This document shows positions 62,959 to 64,000 of a DNA stretch of 64,000 nt, in pieces (positions within the stretch are counted from its first letter, which is position 1; every line of letters begins with the position of its first letter). Where the stretch lies: positions 1 through 64,000 of IMG/VR virus record IMGVR_UViG_3300001525_000584. The stretch is one strand, 5' to 3'. Under the pieces are notes generated by a model. The model was not told where the DNA came from and did not search any database. It was given only the letters and a program-made list of their open reading frames with translations. Both the position numbers and the translations under genes were made by a program. Source of the DNA: a virus (lineage: Duplodnaviria; Caudoviricetes).

Positions 62959-64000
62959 ATGAAGTTGAGATTAAGAGAAGCAAAATCTATAGAAGCTGAA
63001 TATCAGGCAAACTGGACCTCCATCCCCAGAGATGTTTTTGATACTATTATATCTTTAGATCCAAAAACAGATGTAACTAAAAATAATATAGGAGATACTG
63101 CAAAAAGGTTACTTTTACCTAAATATGCTGCCGGAGAAACAGCTTTTGTAGAGAATCCTGAGCTAACAGAATTAATAAATACTTATGTAAATAATAGAGG
63201 AAACTATAATATTAAAAATGTTGCTCAGTTTCCTTCTGTTGAAGTATTTATGAATTATGTAAAAGACCCTGAAAATACTCCTGTAGAAACCCAAGAGATC
63301 GTAAAAGAATCTAAAATAGATAAAATTTATAAACAGTACTATTCAGATATCCCCAGAGATATGTTCGACAGATTTATAGTTTTAGATCCCTTTACTAATA
63401 TAGAAAAAGAATCTATAGGAGAATATGCAAAGCAACTTTTACTGCCTTTACTCAGAAAATCCTTAAAAGGTGATACAGAGGCTTTAGGAGATTATAAATA
63501 TAAGCAAATCACAGACACCATTAACCAGTTTGAAAAAAGTAAAAAGGCATTAAATGTAGATGCTCAGGTTTTATCTAGTTACAATACTTTTGCAGAATTT
63601 TATGATATGGCTTATGGTGGTACTCCTTCTGAGTTTTTGACATATCTAAAAAATCATGAAGTCATGCAAAATGGCGATTTACGTTATATAGGCTCTACAG
63701 TACTTTATGATGTATTTGAGGCCGTGACTATGTATGGAGATGCCGTGGTATCGGGTGCCGAGAAAATCTTTGGTGGCCCAGGACTTAGAACACGAGGCTC
63801 AGATGTAAATGGCTCTATACACTATAGCGAGAACGCTTACGGGCACTGGTGCACTTCTGAATCTTTATACTGGTTTAATAAACCTTTATATAAAGGCGAA
63901 GACGGCAAAAATAAATATTATGTATTCATTTATAAACCAAATCCTAAGGCAGACGACCGAGCACACAATTATCAGTTAGCCATAGCGCCTTCAGGCGAAG
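62959..64000 (+). CDS. large hypothetical protein, runs off the window
   Basis: MKLRLREAK start after AGGAG; IPRD.FD....LDP.T repeated twice; GHWCT motif. Confidence 0.7.
   Translation, partial: MKLRLREAKSIEAEYQANWTSIPRDVFDTIISLDPKTDVTKNNIGDTAKRLLLPKYAAGETAFVENPELTELINTYVNNRGNYNIKNVAQFPSVEVFMNYVKDPENTPVETQEIVKESKIDKIYKQYYSDIPRDMFDRFIVLDPFTNIEKESIGEYAKQLLLPLLRKSLKGDTEALGDYKYKQITDTINQFEKSKKALNVDAQVLSSYNTFAEFYDMAYGGTPSEFLTYLKNHEVMQNGDLRYIGSTVLYDVFEAVTMYGDAVVSGAEKIFGGPGLRTRGSDVNGSIHYSENAYGHWCTSESLYWFNKPLYKGEDGKNKYYVFIYKPNPKADDRAHNYQLAIAPSGE

Overview
A 64-kb, AT-rich segment of a large lytic myovirus-type phage with T4-like structural organisation. The host is probably a Firmicute/Clostridia (inference from AGGAG RBSs, a lipoprotein signal peptide and BspA-type LRRs). 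Left arm (1-26.7 kb, minus strand): replication and recombination genes (DnaB N-terminus, DnaC-like loader, TopA, a bacterial-type DnaX/HolB/HolA clamp loader, RecA, two resolvase-like nucleases, SbcCD, a Cas4-like nuclease). It also carries a self-contained four-gene NAD+ salvage operon (pncB-nadM-pncA-nadE), a catalytically dead peptide deformylase, and a 2.6-kb RNA island. The island holds 7 tRNAs (including unusual Ser-ACU and Ile-UAU), a pseudo-tRNA, a YafQ-type toxin-antitoxin pair, compact pseudoknots, and six or seven copies of a hairpin RNA with a conserved CCGCAA motif, some showing anticodon-loop-like apices. An AT-rich palindromic region at the strand switch (about 26.7-27.1 kb) is a candidate origin. 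Right arm (27.2-64 kb, plus strand): sheath, tube, tape measure, baseplate, two tail fibres, neck, candidate capsid-packaged enzymes, terminase with a class 3 intein, and portal, mostly preceded by a TGCTAAATT motif. Best candidates for undescribed systems: (1) the CCGCAA hairpin RNA array beside anticodon-variant tRNAs; (2) the deamidating NAD+ rebuilding operon; (3) a late-promoter sRNA with an anti-Shine-Dalgarno loop. All calls come from reading motifs by eye; no database search was run.
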